Source of the DNA: Bdellovibrionales bacterium
Lineage (GTDB): Bacteria > Bdellovibrionota > Bdellovibrionia > Bdellovibrionales > UBA1609
Length of the DNA: 64,000 nucleotides
Reading direction: 5' to 3'
Assembly (NCBI GenBank): GCA_965261545.1
Contig: CBDHDF010000002.1
Span: 643,016 to 707,015, forward strand
The notes beneath the pieces were generated by a model, which saw only the letters and a program-made list of their open reading frames with translations, did no database searches and was not told the origin of the DNA. This document shows, piece by piece, positions 21,059-31,750 of this stretch (position 1 is the stretch's first letter; the number at the start of each line of letters is the position of its first letter). A program made the position numbers and the translations under genes.

Positions 21059-22879
21059 ATGAGTATAAACCCCGAAAAGATTCGCAACTTTTCTATTATT
21101 GCTCACATCGATCACGGGAAATCCACTTTGGCCGATGGGCTGCTCAAGCTCACTGGAGCTCTCTCTGATCGCGAAAGCAAACAGCAATTCCTAGACAGCA
21201 TGGACCTTGAAAGGGAAAGAGGAATCACCATCAAGGCCCAAACTGTACGACTTAACTACAAGGCTCCTGATGGGGAGACCTATCAGTTGAATCTTATTGA
21301 TACTCCAGGGCATGTTGATTTTTCTTATGAAGTCTCTCGCTCTCTTGCGGCCTGTGAAGGGGCTATCCTTGTGGTGGATGCCGCCCAGGGGGTGGAGGCG
21401 CAAACCCTTGCCAATGTCTATTTGGCTCTAGACAACGATTTGGAAATTATCACCGTGCTTAACAAAATTGATCTTCCCGCGGCGGATCCTGAAGGGGTCA
21501 AGAGTCAAATCGAAGAGGCTATTGGACTAGACACCGAGGAAGCGATTTACGCTAGCGCCAAAGAGCTAAAGGGCATTGAGGAAATACTTAAAGCAGTTGT
21601 GGAGAAAGTTCCTCCTCCCCGGGCAGATCGTAGTCAACCCCTTCGAGCCCTTATTTTTGATTCCTGGTTTGACAGTTATCAGGGGGTGGTTATTCTTTGC
21701 CGTATTGTGGATGGAGTGCTTCACAAAGGAGAACGCATTAAGTTTATGAACTCGGGTCAAGATTACGAGGTTTTAAAGTTGGGTGTTTTTTCTCCCTTTG
21801 CCGAACACTTAGAAAGTCTTGGGGCCGGAGAGGTTGGCTTTATCATTAGTGGAATTAAAGATATTCGAGATGTGACTGTGGGGGACACGATCACCCATCT
21901 TAAGAGAGCTCACCAAAAGGAGTCCCAGAAGCCTCTTGCTGGATTTCAAAAGGTTTCTCCCATGGTGTTTTCGGGAATATTTCCCGTGTTTTCTACGGAC
22001 TATGAACCCTTGAAAAAAGCCATGGAGAAGCTTTCTCTCAACGATTCAAGTCTTATTTACGAGCCTGAAAAATCCATGGCCTTGGGTTTTGGTTTGCGTT
22101 GTGGTTTTTTGGGTCTCCTTCACATGGAGATTATTCAAGAAAGGCTGGAAAGGGAATTTAACTTGGATCTTATCACCACAGCGCCCACTGTGGTCTACAA
22201 GGTATTTACCACGGACGGCCGCATGGAGGAGCTTGAAAATCCGGCCGATCTACCGGAGGCTGCAAAAATTGATTGTATCCAAGAGCCTTATGTGAAGGTC
22301 ACTCTCCACACACCTTCTGAGTACATTGGAAGCATTCTCAAGCTGTGCGAGGATCGGCGTGGGACGCAAATAAAGATGGAATATATTTCTGACTCAAAGG
22401 TAATTATTGAGTATAAAATTCCCCTCAATGAAGTTGTCATGGATTTTTATGATCGCTTGAAGTCCATTTCAAGGGGCTATGCTTCCATGGAGTATGAGAA
22501 GATGGACTTTGAAGAGGGAAATTTATGTAAAATGGATGTTCTTCTCAATGGAGACCCCGTGGATGCTCTTTCGGTGATTATTCATAAATCCAAGGCGCAC
22601 TTTCGTGGCCGACAACTCATAAAAAAGCTCAAAGAACTCATACCCCGGCAGCAGTATCAGGTGGCGATTCAAGCGGCCATTGGAGCAAAAATTGTGGCTC
22701 GTGAAACCTTGGGGGCTCTTCGCAAAGATGTGACAGCCAAGTGCTATGGTGGAGATATCACTCGAAAGAGGAAGCTTCTTGAAAAGCAAAAAGAAGGCAA
22801 GAAACGCATGAAGCAAATTGGTCAGGTGGATGTTCCCCAAGAGGCTTTTCTGGCCATTTTAAAAGTGACCGATTCTTAG
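21059..22879 (+). CDS. lepA: Elongation factor 4
   Basis: [49 protein letters not shown]. Confidence 0.98.
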   Translation: MSINPEKIRNFSIIAHIDHGKSTLADGLLKLTGALSDRESKQQFLDSMDLERERGITIKAQTVRLNYKAPDGETYQLNLIDTPGHVDFSYEVSRSLAACEGAILVVDAAQGVEAQTLANVYLALDNDLEIITVLNKIDLPAADPEGVKSQIEEAIGLDTEEAIYASAKELKGIEEILKAVVEKVPPPRADRSQPLRALIFDSWFDSYQGVVILCRIVDGVLHKGERIKFMNSGQDYEVLKLGVFSPFAEHLESLGAGEVGFIISGIKDIRDVTVGDTITHLKRAHQKESQKPLAGFQKVSPMVFSGIFPVFSTDYEPLKKAMEKLSLNDSSLIYEPEKSMALGFGLRCGFLGLLHMEIIQERLEREFNLDLITTAPTVVYKVFTTDGRMEELENPADLPEAAKIDCIQEPYVKVTLHTPSEYIGSILKLCEDRRGTQIKMEYISDSKVIIEYKIPLNEVVMDFYDRLKSISRGYASMEYEKMDFEEGNLCKMDVLLNGDPVDALSVIIHKSKAHFRGRQLIKKLKELIPRQQYQVAIQAAIGAKIVARETLGALRKDVTAKCYGGDITRKRKLLEKQKEGKKRMKQIGQVDVPQEAFLAILKVTDS

Positions 22880-22901
22880 TGGGTGGCTTGGTGGTGGTTG
22901 G

Positions 22902-25136
22902 TTACCTTTGACTGGCGAGCAGGGCTTCTTGGGCGCTTTCTATGAATTTGCGAAGGTTTTTTTGGGAGGGGTCCTTGGTGCTGGCGAGGACGCTAATCAC
23001 AGAGCAGGTGGAGTGCTCCATAATTTTGTCATCTGTGGATCCAAAGAGGCGCTGGTAGAAACTTGTTGTGTTTTGGGACTCAAGGATGAGCATATCAAAC
23101 TCGTCACTAACTTGGCAGAAGGCTTCCCATTTTTTGTCCCCTGAAATGATAAGTGTATCCACGCTGTGGCTACAGATTTCGGACATTTTTATAAGAAGTT
23201 GCTTTTTCCATGAAGAGACTTCTTTCTTGGAACCTGGGGCTATATAGGTGGCGAGTGTGATTTCTGCTTTGTTGACGCTTGCTAGGTGGTCAGCTGTTTG
23301 GAGGAGAAGCTCATTGGACTGGTCTGTTTCAACGATCACAAGAATATTTTTGAAGTAGTGAACTCCTTTATCTCGAAAGGTCATGAGGTTGCATGAGAGG
23401 TGGTTTTTGAGCCATCTCATGGGGTCAATGAGTGTGAAGGTTTCTCGGGATCTCCCTCCCCACTCCGTCACGAGCCATTGGCTATGCATCCTTTGGGAGA
23501 TATCATGAATCGTTTTGTAGATGTCGTGGGAGACGATGGCATTGAAATCGAGGTCTGCCTTTTTTCTTTGAGCCATATGTTTGATCCGGCGTCGTATAGA
23601 TCGTACTTGAGAACTTTCATAATCGAGGCGATTGAGTTCCGTTTGTTCGGGAACTTCCGTGACATGGACAACCTCAAGTTTTTTTTCATTGGCGAGAGCA
23701 ACACCCATTTGTGTGAGAACTTCAGGAGATCTTTCATTGCCAAACATGGCGACAATGACGGAGGCTTTATTGAAGTCGATATCCTCTATATTTTCTATGC
23801 TCCTTTTGTGCATATCTTCCTTAATGAGGTCTTTCCTAGGGCCACGAATGCCAAGCACTCCTTTTCGGTCTGTACGTGTTCGACTAAAGAAAAGATAAAT
23901 CAGCAGGCCAGGGACACTGATGGTAAGAAGTGCCAAGGGAACAATGGAACCCATGGCAATCAGGAGAGCGATGCATGCTATCATACCAAAGAGCTGAGTG
24001 AAGGGGTAAAGGGGAGAGTGGTAGGCGGGTTGGTACCATTGTACATGGGTCTCTCGCAGCACAATGACTGCAAAATTGACAAACATAAACATTGTAATCA
24101 TAAAGGCACTGGCAAGCTTGGCAATTTTGATCATATCGAGGTTGAGAATCGCCAAGGCCACGAGGAAACCTGACAGAAGAATACTCCAAAAGGGAGTTAA
24201 GAATTTTGGGTGAATTTTCCCTAAAAAAGGGGGTAAAAGGTTGTCGCGGCTCATAGCAAAGGGAAATCTGGAGCCCGCCAAAAGAGCTGCATTGGCCACG
24301 GAAAACATGGTGAGGATAGCGATGACAGCAATGATAGTTCCCACATGCTTGCCTCCGATATGCTCGGCAAGGGTATAAACAGGACGAAGGTTGCCTGATA
24401 ACATATCCATTGGCAGAACTCCTGCAATAATAAAGGTGACGCTACAGTAAATAGTGGTTGCGAAGATAAGGGAGAAGAGAATTCCTCGAGGAAGATTGCG
24501 TCCTGGATTTTTTATTTCTTCTGCAATGGCGGCAATTTTTGTGACACCCGCAAAGGAAACAAAAACGAGAGCGGTGGAGGCCATGAGTCCTGAAACTCCA
24601 TTCGTTAAGAGAGGTTCAAAGTTGATTCTCTGAACTTGTGGGAAACTATACACTGTAAGGACTGATAGGGTTAAAATTGTGATGGCAGTGACAATGCCTA
24701 GGAGCCATCCCACTTTGCCCACTCCGAGAAGGTTGATGGCAACAATAATGGCCAAGAGGGTGAGGGCGGCGAGTTCTAAAGGTATATTGGCGAGAATTTC
24801 AAGGTAGGCTCCAAAGCCCACGAGGGCAAAGGAAGCCTTGAGAATTATAGAAAGAAAGAGGCCAAGTCCTGCAATGGTTCCAGCCAAAGGTCCAAATGTT
24901 CTTTCCATGTAGACATAAGTTCCCCCTGAGGTAGGCATGGCTGTGGAGAGTTCCGATTTACTCATTGCTGCGGGTAAAATACAAAGGGCGGCGAGAAAAA
25001 AGGCCAAAAATAGGGAGGGGCCGGTGATGGTAAATCCCACACCTGGCAAGACAAAAATCCCACTGCCTAGCATTGAGCCAATACTGATGGAGACAACAGC
25101 TCCTAAGCCCAATCGTCGTTCAAACTTCTTAATCAA
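22902..25136 (-). CDS. APC-family amino acid permease with C-terminal USP-like domains
   Basis: GSMLGSGIF, ELSTAMP.SGG.Y, AEEIKNP; about 12 TM segments; C-terminal FGS..DKI...STCSV USP-like motif. Confidence 0.88.
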   Translation of the reverse strand: MIKKFERRLGLGAVVSISIGSMLGSGIFVLPGVGFTITGPSLFLAFFLAALCILPAAMSKSELSTAMPTSGGTYVYMERTFGPLAGTIAGLGLFLSIILKASFALVGFGAYLEILANIPLELAALTLLAIIVAINLLGVGKVGWLLGIVTAITILTLSVLTVYSFPQVQRINFEPLLTNGVSGLMASTALVFVSFAGVTKIAAIAEEIKNPGRNLPRGILFSLIFATTIYCSVTFIIAGVLPMDMLSGNLRPVYTLAEHIGGKHVGTIIAVIAILTMFSVANAALLAGSRFPFAMSRDNLLPPFLGKIHPKFLTPFWSILLSGFLVALAILNLDMIKIAKLASAFMITMFMFVNFAVIVLRETHVQWYQPAYHSPLYPFTQLFGMIACIALLIAMGSIVPLALLTISVPGLLIYLFFSRTRTDRKGVLGIRGPRKDLIKEDMHKRSIENIEDIDFNKASVIVAMFGNERSPEVLTQMGVALANEKKLEVVHVTEVPEQTELNRLDYESSQVRSIRRRIKHMAQRKKADLDFNAIVSHDIYKTIHDISQRMHSQWLVTEWGGRSRETFTLIDPMRWLKNHLSCNLMTFRDKGVHYFKNILVIVETDQSNELLLQTADHLASVNKAEITLATYIAPGSKKEVSSWKKQLLIKMSEICSHSVDTLIISGDKKWEAFCQVSDEFDMLILESQNTTSFYQRLFGSTDDKIMEHSTCSVISVLASTKDPSQKNLRKFIESAQEALLASQR

Positions 25137-25313
25137 TAATGCCTACCCCTTCCTTCATGTCTACGTCTTCCTTTGGTGGAGCCCTTTTTATTTTATCAAA
25201 TTTTATTAAAGGGGAGTTCTTTTTTACATAGTAGTCCCTCTATTGATCCTGGATTGATTGCGCAGGGTGGCAATTTATGTCACTGAAGATATGTCAGGTT
25301 GTGTCAGTGAAGT

Positions 25314-27002
25314 GTGTCAGGTATAACACATAACATGGCAATAAAAATGATAATAAGAATAAATAAAACCACTTTCTTTCTTATCAGCTTTATCAGCATG
25401 ATGATTATGAGTGGCCCTGTTGTTCAAGGGAATCCAGAAATAAACCTAGAAAATACCTCAGAGGCTCCTCAAGGAACTATAGGGGATCTTAGTATTTCCT
25501 GTGAGGATTTAGACCATTGCCCCGACTATGTGGGAGGTCTTTTTACGGTGACTCAAGAAGACACCGCGAACTCTTTCATACCTCAATGGGGAATTGGTCT
25601 TTGCTCACAAACTCTCATAGCTCCCGACAAGATTTTGACAAACCGACACTGCTTACCTGAACAGAGCCTCGAACCCAACCTCCCCTGCAGCAATATCACG
25701 GTGATTTTTCCAAAAACAAAGAGCAAAGAGGCTGAGATCGTGGGATGCCAATCTGTGATTGCACTGAGTGAAGAAATTTTTGATGAGGTTGATGGAAAAA
25801 GCACTTTAGAAGAAGATTGGGCTATTCTTCAATTGGATCGTCCCGTCCGTCGAACACCTATTGAAATAAGTTTGCAAGGAGTACCTCACCAGGCGAACTT
25901 AACAGCTTTTCCCGTGTATTACGAAAAGTCCAAGGTGAGATATTTTTCTGACACTATAAAACCTGTGGTCAAAGGTCAAATTAAGAAGGTTTCATGTCTT
26001 GCACACATGAATAGTGCTCTCATTCCAACTTATAATTACCCCCACAATTCGATTTTATCTCTTGTTTGCAATAGAAAAGTCATAGGTGGAAACTCCGGTT
26101 CAGGACTCATTTCAGATGGAGGAAAGCTTTCTGGTGTTCTTAGCGTTGTATTGAAGAACTTCGAAGGTCAAACATTTGCCTTCATGGGGTCTACAGATTA
26201 TCAGTTCTTGGGGGGTTACACTGTAGGTGCCACCAACACCCAATGCATAGATAAAGCTTACAAAATTGGCAAGGCCAATAGAGCATACAGTCGTGAATGG
26301 ACTCCCTTTTGTGTTCGCAATAAAAATGAATCAGAATATGCAAATTGGATGCTCACTGTATTTTATGGATCCACTCTTTTCAAAGATTCTCTGCAAGAAA
26401 TATCGAAGGATCTTTTAAGGGATCCTACTATTCAATGGGAAGATCATAACAAACATTTTTTCCAAAACTTGTCTCGTCCTCGTTCAGCAGGCCGATTGTC
26501 GGAGCTAGTGACTTCCCCTGTTTTTGAGTACTTTTATACCACCTTAGGAGCCTTGTTGTACCCCAAAACACCACAATGTATTAAATCCTCAAGAAGGGGA
26601 GAGACCTTTTCTCTTATGCTGCCCCAAATGGTGCTCTCCTACGGAGAAATGAATCTCAATGAATATACCTTGTTTACTTTACCACTTAAGCTTAAATTTT
26701 TAAAGTTTGGAATGACATACGATGCTTCTCTCGACTCTTTTCGCGGAACCCCATTGCGTCTCGGCGACACCCATCTCAAAGAAAAATTCTTAGATATTTC
26801 TAAAAAAATATCAAAGGGGCTACTCCAATGTATGTTTGCAAAACAAGAATGCCATGAATTTGACAAGCGACTCAATGAAAGAGAGAAACTACTAGAAGGC
26901 ACCGATTCGACTCAAAAGGTTTTATTGGAGAATGAACTTTTCATTCAAAGTAATCAATTTGGCGCCATTGATATCTATGTCCCTGTTTGTATAGATAAAT
27001 GA
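25314..27002 (+). CDS. Secreted trypsin-like serine protease with a C-terminal extension
   Basis: Signal-like N-terminus; catalytic triad motifs LTNRHC, EEDWAIL, GGNSGSG. Confidence 0.8.
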   Translation: MSGITHNMAIKMIIRINKTTFFLISFISMMIMSGPVVQGNPEINLENTSEAPQGTIGDLSISCEDLDHCPDYVGGLFTVTQEDTANSFIPQWGIGLCSQTLIAPDKILTNRHCLPEQSLEPNLPCSNITVIFPKTKSKEAEIVGCQSVIALSEEIFDEVDGKSTLEEDWAILQLDRPVRRTPIEISLQGVPHQANLTAFPVYYEKSKVRYFSDTIKPVVKGQIKKVSCLAHMNSALIPTYNYPHNSILSLVCNRKVIGGNSGSGLISDGGKLSGVLSVVLKNFEGQTFAFMGSTDYQFLGGYTVGATNTQCIDKAYKIGKANRAYSREWTPFCVRNKNESEYANWMLTVFYGSTLFKDSLQEISKDLLRDPTIQWEDHNKHFFQNLSRPRSAGRLSELVTSPVFEYFYTTLGALLYPKTPQCIKSSRRGETFSLMLPQMVLSYGEMNLNEYTLFTLPLKLKFLKFGMTYDASLDSFRGTPLRLGDTHLKEKFLDISKKISKGLLQCMFAKQECHEFDKRLNEREKLLEGTDSTQKVLLENELFIQSNQFGAIDIYVPVCIDK

Positions 27003-27005
27003 GTT

Positions 27006-27374
27006 TCAGTCTATATTTTTATGCACACAATCTGGGGACTTCCATTGGGCAGCCGTCCTTTTCTTCTCTTCCTCTTTCCATTCTTGAGGAGTTAATAGTT
27101 TTTGTGCCAAAGCATGGATAGGCCCTCCGCCTGCCAATTCATCTCTCAACAACTCATTGAGAGAGCGCTGCCTTTCCAAAGGGTTCTGATTTTCAAATTT
27201 GGAAGACACCACAAGCACCCTAAAATGGGATTGAGCCCCCTTAGGCACACGGTGGGTATGGCTTTCATCAACGACTTCTACGTAAATGGGGTCAAATCTT
27301 TTTTGAACCTTTATTTCAATGATATCTCGAAGGCACATGTTGACCTTTTTAGCACCATTCAAGAGATACAGCAA
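27006..27374 (-). CDS. bolA: BolA family protein
   Basis: DESHTH..SHFRVLVVS.KF..ERQR..IHAL....TPQEW. Confidence 0.92.
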   Translation of the reverse strand: MLYLLNGAKKVNMCLRDIIEIKVQKRFDPIYVEVVDESHTHRVPKGAQSHFRVLVVSSKFENQNPLERQRSLNELLRDELAGGGPIHALAQKLLTPQEWKEEEKKRTAAQWKSPDCVHKNID

Positions 27375-27463
27375 AACAGATGACTCATAGCATACTCTCC
27401 CTTGGATTTTTGTTGAGAGGAAGGTCGTGATAGAGATAGCATCGAATCATAGGGGGGTGTTGT

Positions 27464-28252
27464 ATGTCCACGGGGTTTCGTTTTCTACACTGGGTTGTTT
27501 GGGTGACCTTGGTTTCTTTTGTCATCTTTTATGGGATGAAGACTTGGATTTTTTCCCCCATAGTCTCCATAGGGAGTCAAAAGTCTCCAAAGTCAAGCAT
27601 GTCCCGTGGGGACTTTCTAGGTGAAAAAAAACATGGGGATAGAAATAAAGAAGGGGAGTTTTCTATAAAAATATTGAGGAAGGACGTCTCAATGACAGTT
27701 CCCTCTCCCAATAAGAAACTACCCTTGGGCATACCAAAGGCCTCTAGACTTTCCCCAGGTGTGGCCACCTCTTCTCCAACAGAAGAAGACAACGAAAGTT
27801 GGGTGACTCTTAAGAAAAAAATCATTTACGAAAGCCACCAAGTGGGAAAACTAAACCCCGACCCTAAGGAAACAAAGAAACGCTTGGCAGCATTGGCCGA
27901 AGGACTGACTGAAGAGGAAAAGAACTACTTAAGTCAACAAGCTATTGGAGAGAAAGCCAAAGCCAGCGCCAACGCCGATTTGAGGTTCTTAAGTGTCTAT
28001 CTTCTCAATAAAAATGGCACTTCTTTCAAGCATTTAATGAATATCGCCCGGCACCCCATTGAAGTGCCTTTCAATCAACGGAGACTTTTTGAACAAGAAG
28101 TTTTGTTAAGGGCTATGGCCCTTGAAGGGATAGTTCAATCATTGAGTCCTGATGAAGCTCAGAGAAGAATCCTCGAATTTATCTCTCAGCAAGATAACAC
28201 GATGTTAATACACCAAGCCCGTCAGCTGCTCTTTCGTGTTCGAAAGATGTGA
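27464..28252 (+). CDS. Hypothetical membrane-anchored protein
   Basis: N-terminal TM helix, low-complexity linker, helical C-terminus; GGGGGG RBS upstream. Confidence 0.65.
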   Translation: MSTGFRFLHWVVWVTLVSFVIFYGMKTWIFSPIVSIGSQKSPKSSMSRGDFLGEKKHGDRNKEGEFSIKILRKDVSMTVPSPNKKLPLGIPKASRLSPGVATSSPTEEDNESWVTLKKKIIYESHQVGKLNPDPKETKKRLAALAEGLTEEEKNYLSQQAIGEKAKASANADLRFLSVYLLNKNGTSFKHLMNIARHPIEVPFNQRRLFEQEVLLRAMALEGIVQSLSPDEAQRRILEFISQQDNTMLIHQARQLLFRVRKM

Positions 28253-28387
28253 AAATTCAGTAAATATAAAAATTTAGAAGAATAGATATGAAGAATTAGG
28301 TCTAGCTTAGAGCGCCTTGGACACGTTTAAGGTGCGGAATTGAGGTTGAAACTTGTATTTCTCATTCAAGTGGGTAGAATGTAAAGA

Positions 28388-28852
28388 ATGGCAGTGACCC
28401 AAGAAGCAAGTGAGAAAAAGCAGAAAAACTCTTCCAAAGACAAAGGTATCTTGGTTTTACCTCCTGTTGCCACCAGTACTTATCACTTTTGTAAAAAGTG
28501 TGATACAGATCGGTACCATAGGGTTCAAGCTCACTCTAGCCCCTCCAGTGCTAAGTTGGAATGTGAAGTTTGCAAAAGAAAAAGCACTTTGAAGATAGCC
28601 AAGAAAAAACCGGTAAGGTCAACTCGACTTCGTGAAAAGAAAGAAAGCGACGCCCAAAATGCCCTTTGGACACGCCTTAAAACAGAAGTTAATGTCGAGT
28701 CTGTCAGCCCCTATAGCATGAAAGGCTCCTTTGTCCTCCAAGCGGCCATCAATCACCCTAAATTTGGTATTGGTTTTGTAACCTCTGTCCAAGATAAGAA
28801 AATTGAGGTTATTTTTGAAGAGAGTTCCCGACTTTTAATCCACAATAAGTGA
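28388..28852 (+). CDS. Zn-ribbon protein with C-terminal HPKFG-type Tudor/SH3-like domain
   Basis: CKKC..H..CEVC and YSMK.SF..HPKFGIGFV..KIEVIF. Confidence 0.75.
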   Translation: MAVTQEASEKKQKNSSKDKGILVLPPVATSTYHFCKKCDTDRYHRVQAHSSPSSAKLECEVCKRKSTLKIAKKKPVRSTRLREKKESDAQNALWTRLKTEVNVESVSPYSMKGSFVLQAAINHPKFGIGFVTSVQDKKIEVIFEESSRLLIHNK

Positions 28853-28912
28853 CTGCAGGTGACACTAAATAAATAAGGGTGCGACCACGAGATGACGTAT
28901 TGTGCTATGCAC

Positions 28913-30329
28913 CAATGCCGTTTCCTTAAGCCACCACACCCCTCTGCCTCTGCGTTAAGCTATTTCTTTTAAAAGAACTCCCAGCCCTTTTGATAGACCT
29001 TTCATAGCTTCTTTTGAAGTGCCTCCTCTTCTCCATTGAAATCTTCATCAGCAACTTTATCTGCTTCCTAAATTTCTGATAGAGCCCCGCAACAAAAAGA
29101 GGGATGCTATCCATTATGAAATCAAGAATCAGTTTAAAGTTAGGTTTTTTGTAGTCATTTTTTACCAACTGATTCACACTGTCTTCATCCTCATTTATGC
29201 TCATTTGAATCTTTGTATAATTGAAGAGCCAAAAATAAGAATACAGCTCTTGCAATATTCCATTAAGGCTTGTTGAGTGCCACTGCTCCATTTTCATTGT
29301 CGATGTAAAATCACGAAATGTCGTTTCTATTTCCCAACGACGAGAGTAAAGAGCAACCATATCCTTCTTGTCCAAGGAGCCATGCGGAAGATTAGTGGCC
29401 AAAACAGAGAACTCCCCAGTCTTTGGGTTTTTATACTTATAGAGATGAATGACCACCCCCTCAATAACCATTCGTGAATACCAACCTGGGCCATTAAATA
29501 AATTTACAATGGGGATAAAAGTAGAGCCTCGCTTACAACGCGCAATAAAGAAGTTACTGGCTTGAGCATGGGCCTTAATAATCTCTGTAGATAAATAAAG
29601 CCTATCGTAGAGAGTTATGCTATTACTCTCAAAACTACCTATCATTTGAATAGCATTGGCGATTTCGTTGAGAGCGGGAGAAAAGCAAAGATTCTTTGTC
29701 ACACCCGATAAAACGTCATAAGCATGAGATAGATACATACGTAAGAAATGAGTTTCCATCTCATTTGGGCAAGGGTACCCACAATAACCCTCCTTTAAAA
29801 GATCTTTAGAGCGAGGAAGTGCTAATTGGTCGCCATCTATGGCATAGATATAAAAACCATGAAACGTTTTTCTCAATGGTTCGTAGTCTGTAATCAAAGA
29901 TTCAAAGATATCTTTGAAAAATAGGTAAGAAATACTTTGACGTATCTTGCTGAGACTGCTTTTGACTGGCATGAGAAGCAGGTCACCAAAATGAGTCCAT
30001 ACCGTCTTAAGAGCGATTTGGTAGCCTTCGTAATTTGTTCCGGAAATAAGATAGATAATGGTAAAAAAGAAAATTTGAGGATTAAATTTTCGATTCCTTT
30101 TTTGTTTTTCTGGATCGACAAGGTGCTCTGACTTGAAGGAAGAATCAAGTTTTGGTAGAATAAAATGGTCATCTGTGACGCGAACTCGTCATTTGGGGGC
30201 TTTCGAGATCAATATTGGATTGCATGTGACTTACTCCTTGGTTGAGGGTTGGGTGTAAAATAAAACAAGTCTTATTCTTGTCGATTTATCTAATAATTTC
30301 AAGAGATTTTTCTTAAGGAAACGGCATTG
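28913..30329 (-). mobile_element. IS4-family insertion sequence (1417 bp)
   Basis: Perfect 18-bp terminal IR CAATGCCGTTTCCTTAAG at 28913-28930 and 30312-30329; 10-bp target duplication TGCTATGCAC at 28903-28912 and 30330-30339. Confidence 0.95.
28926..30225 (-). CDS. IS4-family DDE transposase; the RBS-linked ATG at 30225 is out of frame with the main ORF
   Basis: AIDG, YDRLY and Y..RW.IE..FR (YREK) motifs; frame is open up to 30188 but has no ATG before 29972; stop codon lies inside the IR. Confidence 0.85.
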
Positions 30330-30436
30330 TGCTATGCACACATACTGTTCATCTTAAGTGCTGTGAGTCAGGTGGCCCCGTACCAAAGAGTGAAAATGAA
30401 CCTCACTTGCCAATAATCACAAAATAGTCTACACAA

Positions 30437-31750
30437 GTGTCTATGGTTTTAAATCCAAAAATACCAAATTTTAAACAAGATATGCACGATATGACTTCCA
30501 AGGACCTTAAGAGCCCTCAGACAGCCCTGCCCCAGAACCTTATAAAGAACACTTACATAAAGGACTCTCAATTAAAGAACCTTCAACTCTTTGAAAAAAG
30601 AAAGGAAGATCACATCTCTCTCTCATTGGAGAACTCCAGTGAAGCCCTAGGGGGAAGTGAGTTGGATAGGGTTCGCCTCACCCACAATGCTCTTCCCGAA
30701 ATAAACTTAGAAGATATTGATATCTCCCAAAGGGTCTTGGGCCACTATAAAATGAAAACACCCTTTCTCGTGAGTTCTATGACTGCTGGACATACTGAAT
30801 CCACGGAGCTCAATACTTGCCTGGCCCGAGCCTGTGCCCAACGGAGTTGGTTGATGGGGGTGGGTTCTCAAAGACGAGAGTTGGAGGATGAGCGGGCCAA
30901 GGATGAGTGGAAAAAACTCAAGGATAAGGTGCCCAATGTTCATTTGATGGGCAATATTGGCATCTCACAACTCATTCAAGTATCTCCTCAAAAAATACGT
31001 GAATTGACCACCGCCTTGGAGGCCGTGGCCATGATTGTCCACACAAACCCCTTGCAAGAGTCCATCCAAATGGAAGGAACTCCCCATTTTGCCCATGGAA
31101 TGGAGGCTCTTAGTCACCTCACCCAAGAGCTTGATATTCCCGTCATTCTCAAAGAAACAGGCTGTGGGATTTCAAGGGAAACATTCTTGAAAATATCGGA
31201 TTTAAATTTGGAGGCCGTGGATGTCAGCGGCTTTGGAGGAACTCATTGGGGACGCATTGAGGGATATCGCGCCAAAATACACTTAGAGGGACATCCAAGA
31301 TATCCCGAAAAGTCAAAGCCACCAAGGCACTCAGAAAGGCACTCAGAACAGCCAAAGCAACAAGAGCCCTCCGTACAACGAGAGTCGTCCATAGAGGAGC
31401 AACTCAAAATACGCAAGGCCCGCAGGGCCCTTGAGACATCACAGGTTTTTGCCCACTGGGGTATTTCGACCTTAGACTCATTTCTTGCCGGACGAGACTT
31501 ACAGCTTCCCTTTGAACTGTGGGCCTCGGGGGGTGTACGAACGGGGTTGGATGCCGCCAAGCTTTTAGCTCTTGGTGCACAAATGGTAGGCTATGCCAAA
31601 CCCATTCTCCAAGCAGCCCTTCTAGGGGAAGACGAACTCGACTTCAAAATGTCCAATCTTGAGTATCAACTCAAGGTCGCCATGTTTTGTACGGGCTGCA
31701 TAAATTTAAATCAACTGAAGGAGGCACATGTATGTCAGATTCATTCGTAA
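30437..31750 (+). CDS. fni: Type 2 isopentenyl-diphosphate delta-isomerase
   Basis: RKEDHI, SSMTAG, GVGSQR, HTNPLQE, KETGCG, DVSGFGGT, ASGGVR; low-complexity insertion near HSERHSE. Confidence 0.93.
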   Translation: MSMVLNPKIPNFKQDMHDMTSKDLKSPQTALPQNLIKNTYIKDSQLKNLQLFEKRKEDHISLSLENSSEALGGSELDRVRLTHNALPEINLEDIDISQRVLGHYKMKTPFLVSSMTAGHTESTELNTCLARACAQRSWLMGVGSQRRELEDERAKDEWKKLKDKVPNVHLMGNIGISQLIQVSPQKIRELTTALEAVAMIVHTNPLQESIQMEGTPHFAHGMEALSHLTQELDIPVILKETGCGISRETFLKISDLNLEAVDVSGFGGTHWGRIEGYRAKIHLEGHPRYPEKSKPPRHSERHSEQPKQQEPSVQRESSIEEQLKIRKARRALETSQVFAHWGISTLDSFLAGRDLQLPFELWASGGVRTGLDAAKLLALGAQMVGYAKPILQAALLGEDELDFKMSNLEYQLKVAMFCTGCINLNQLKEAHVCQIHS

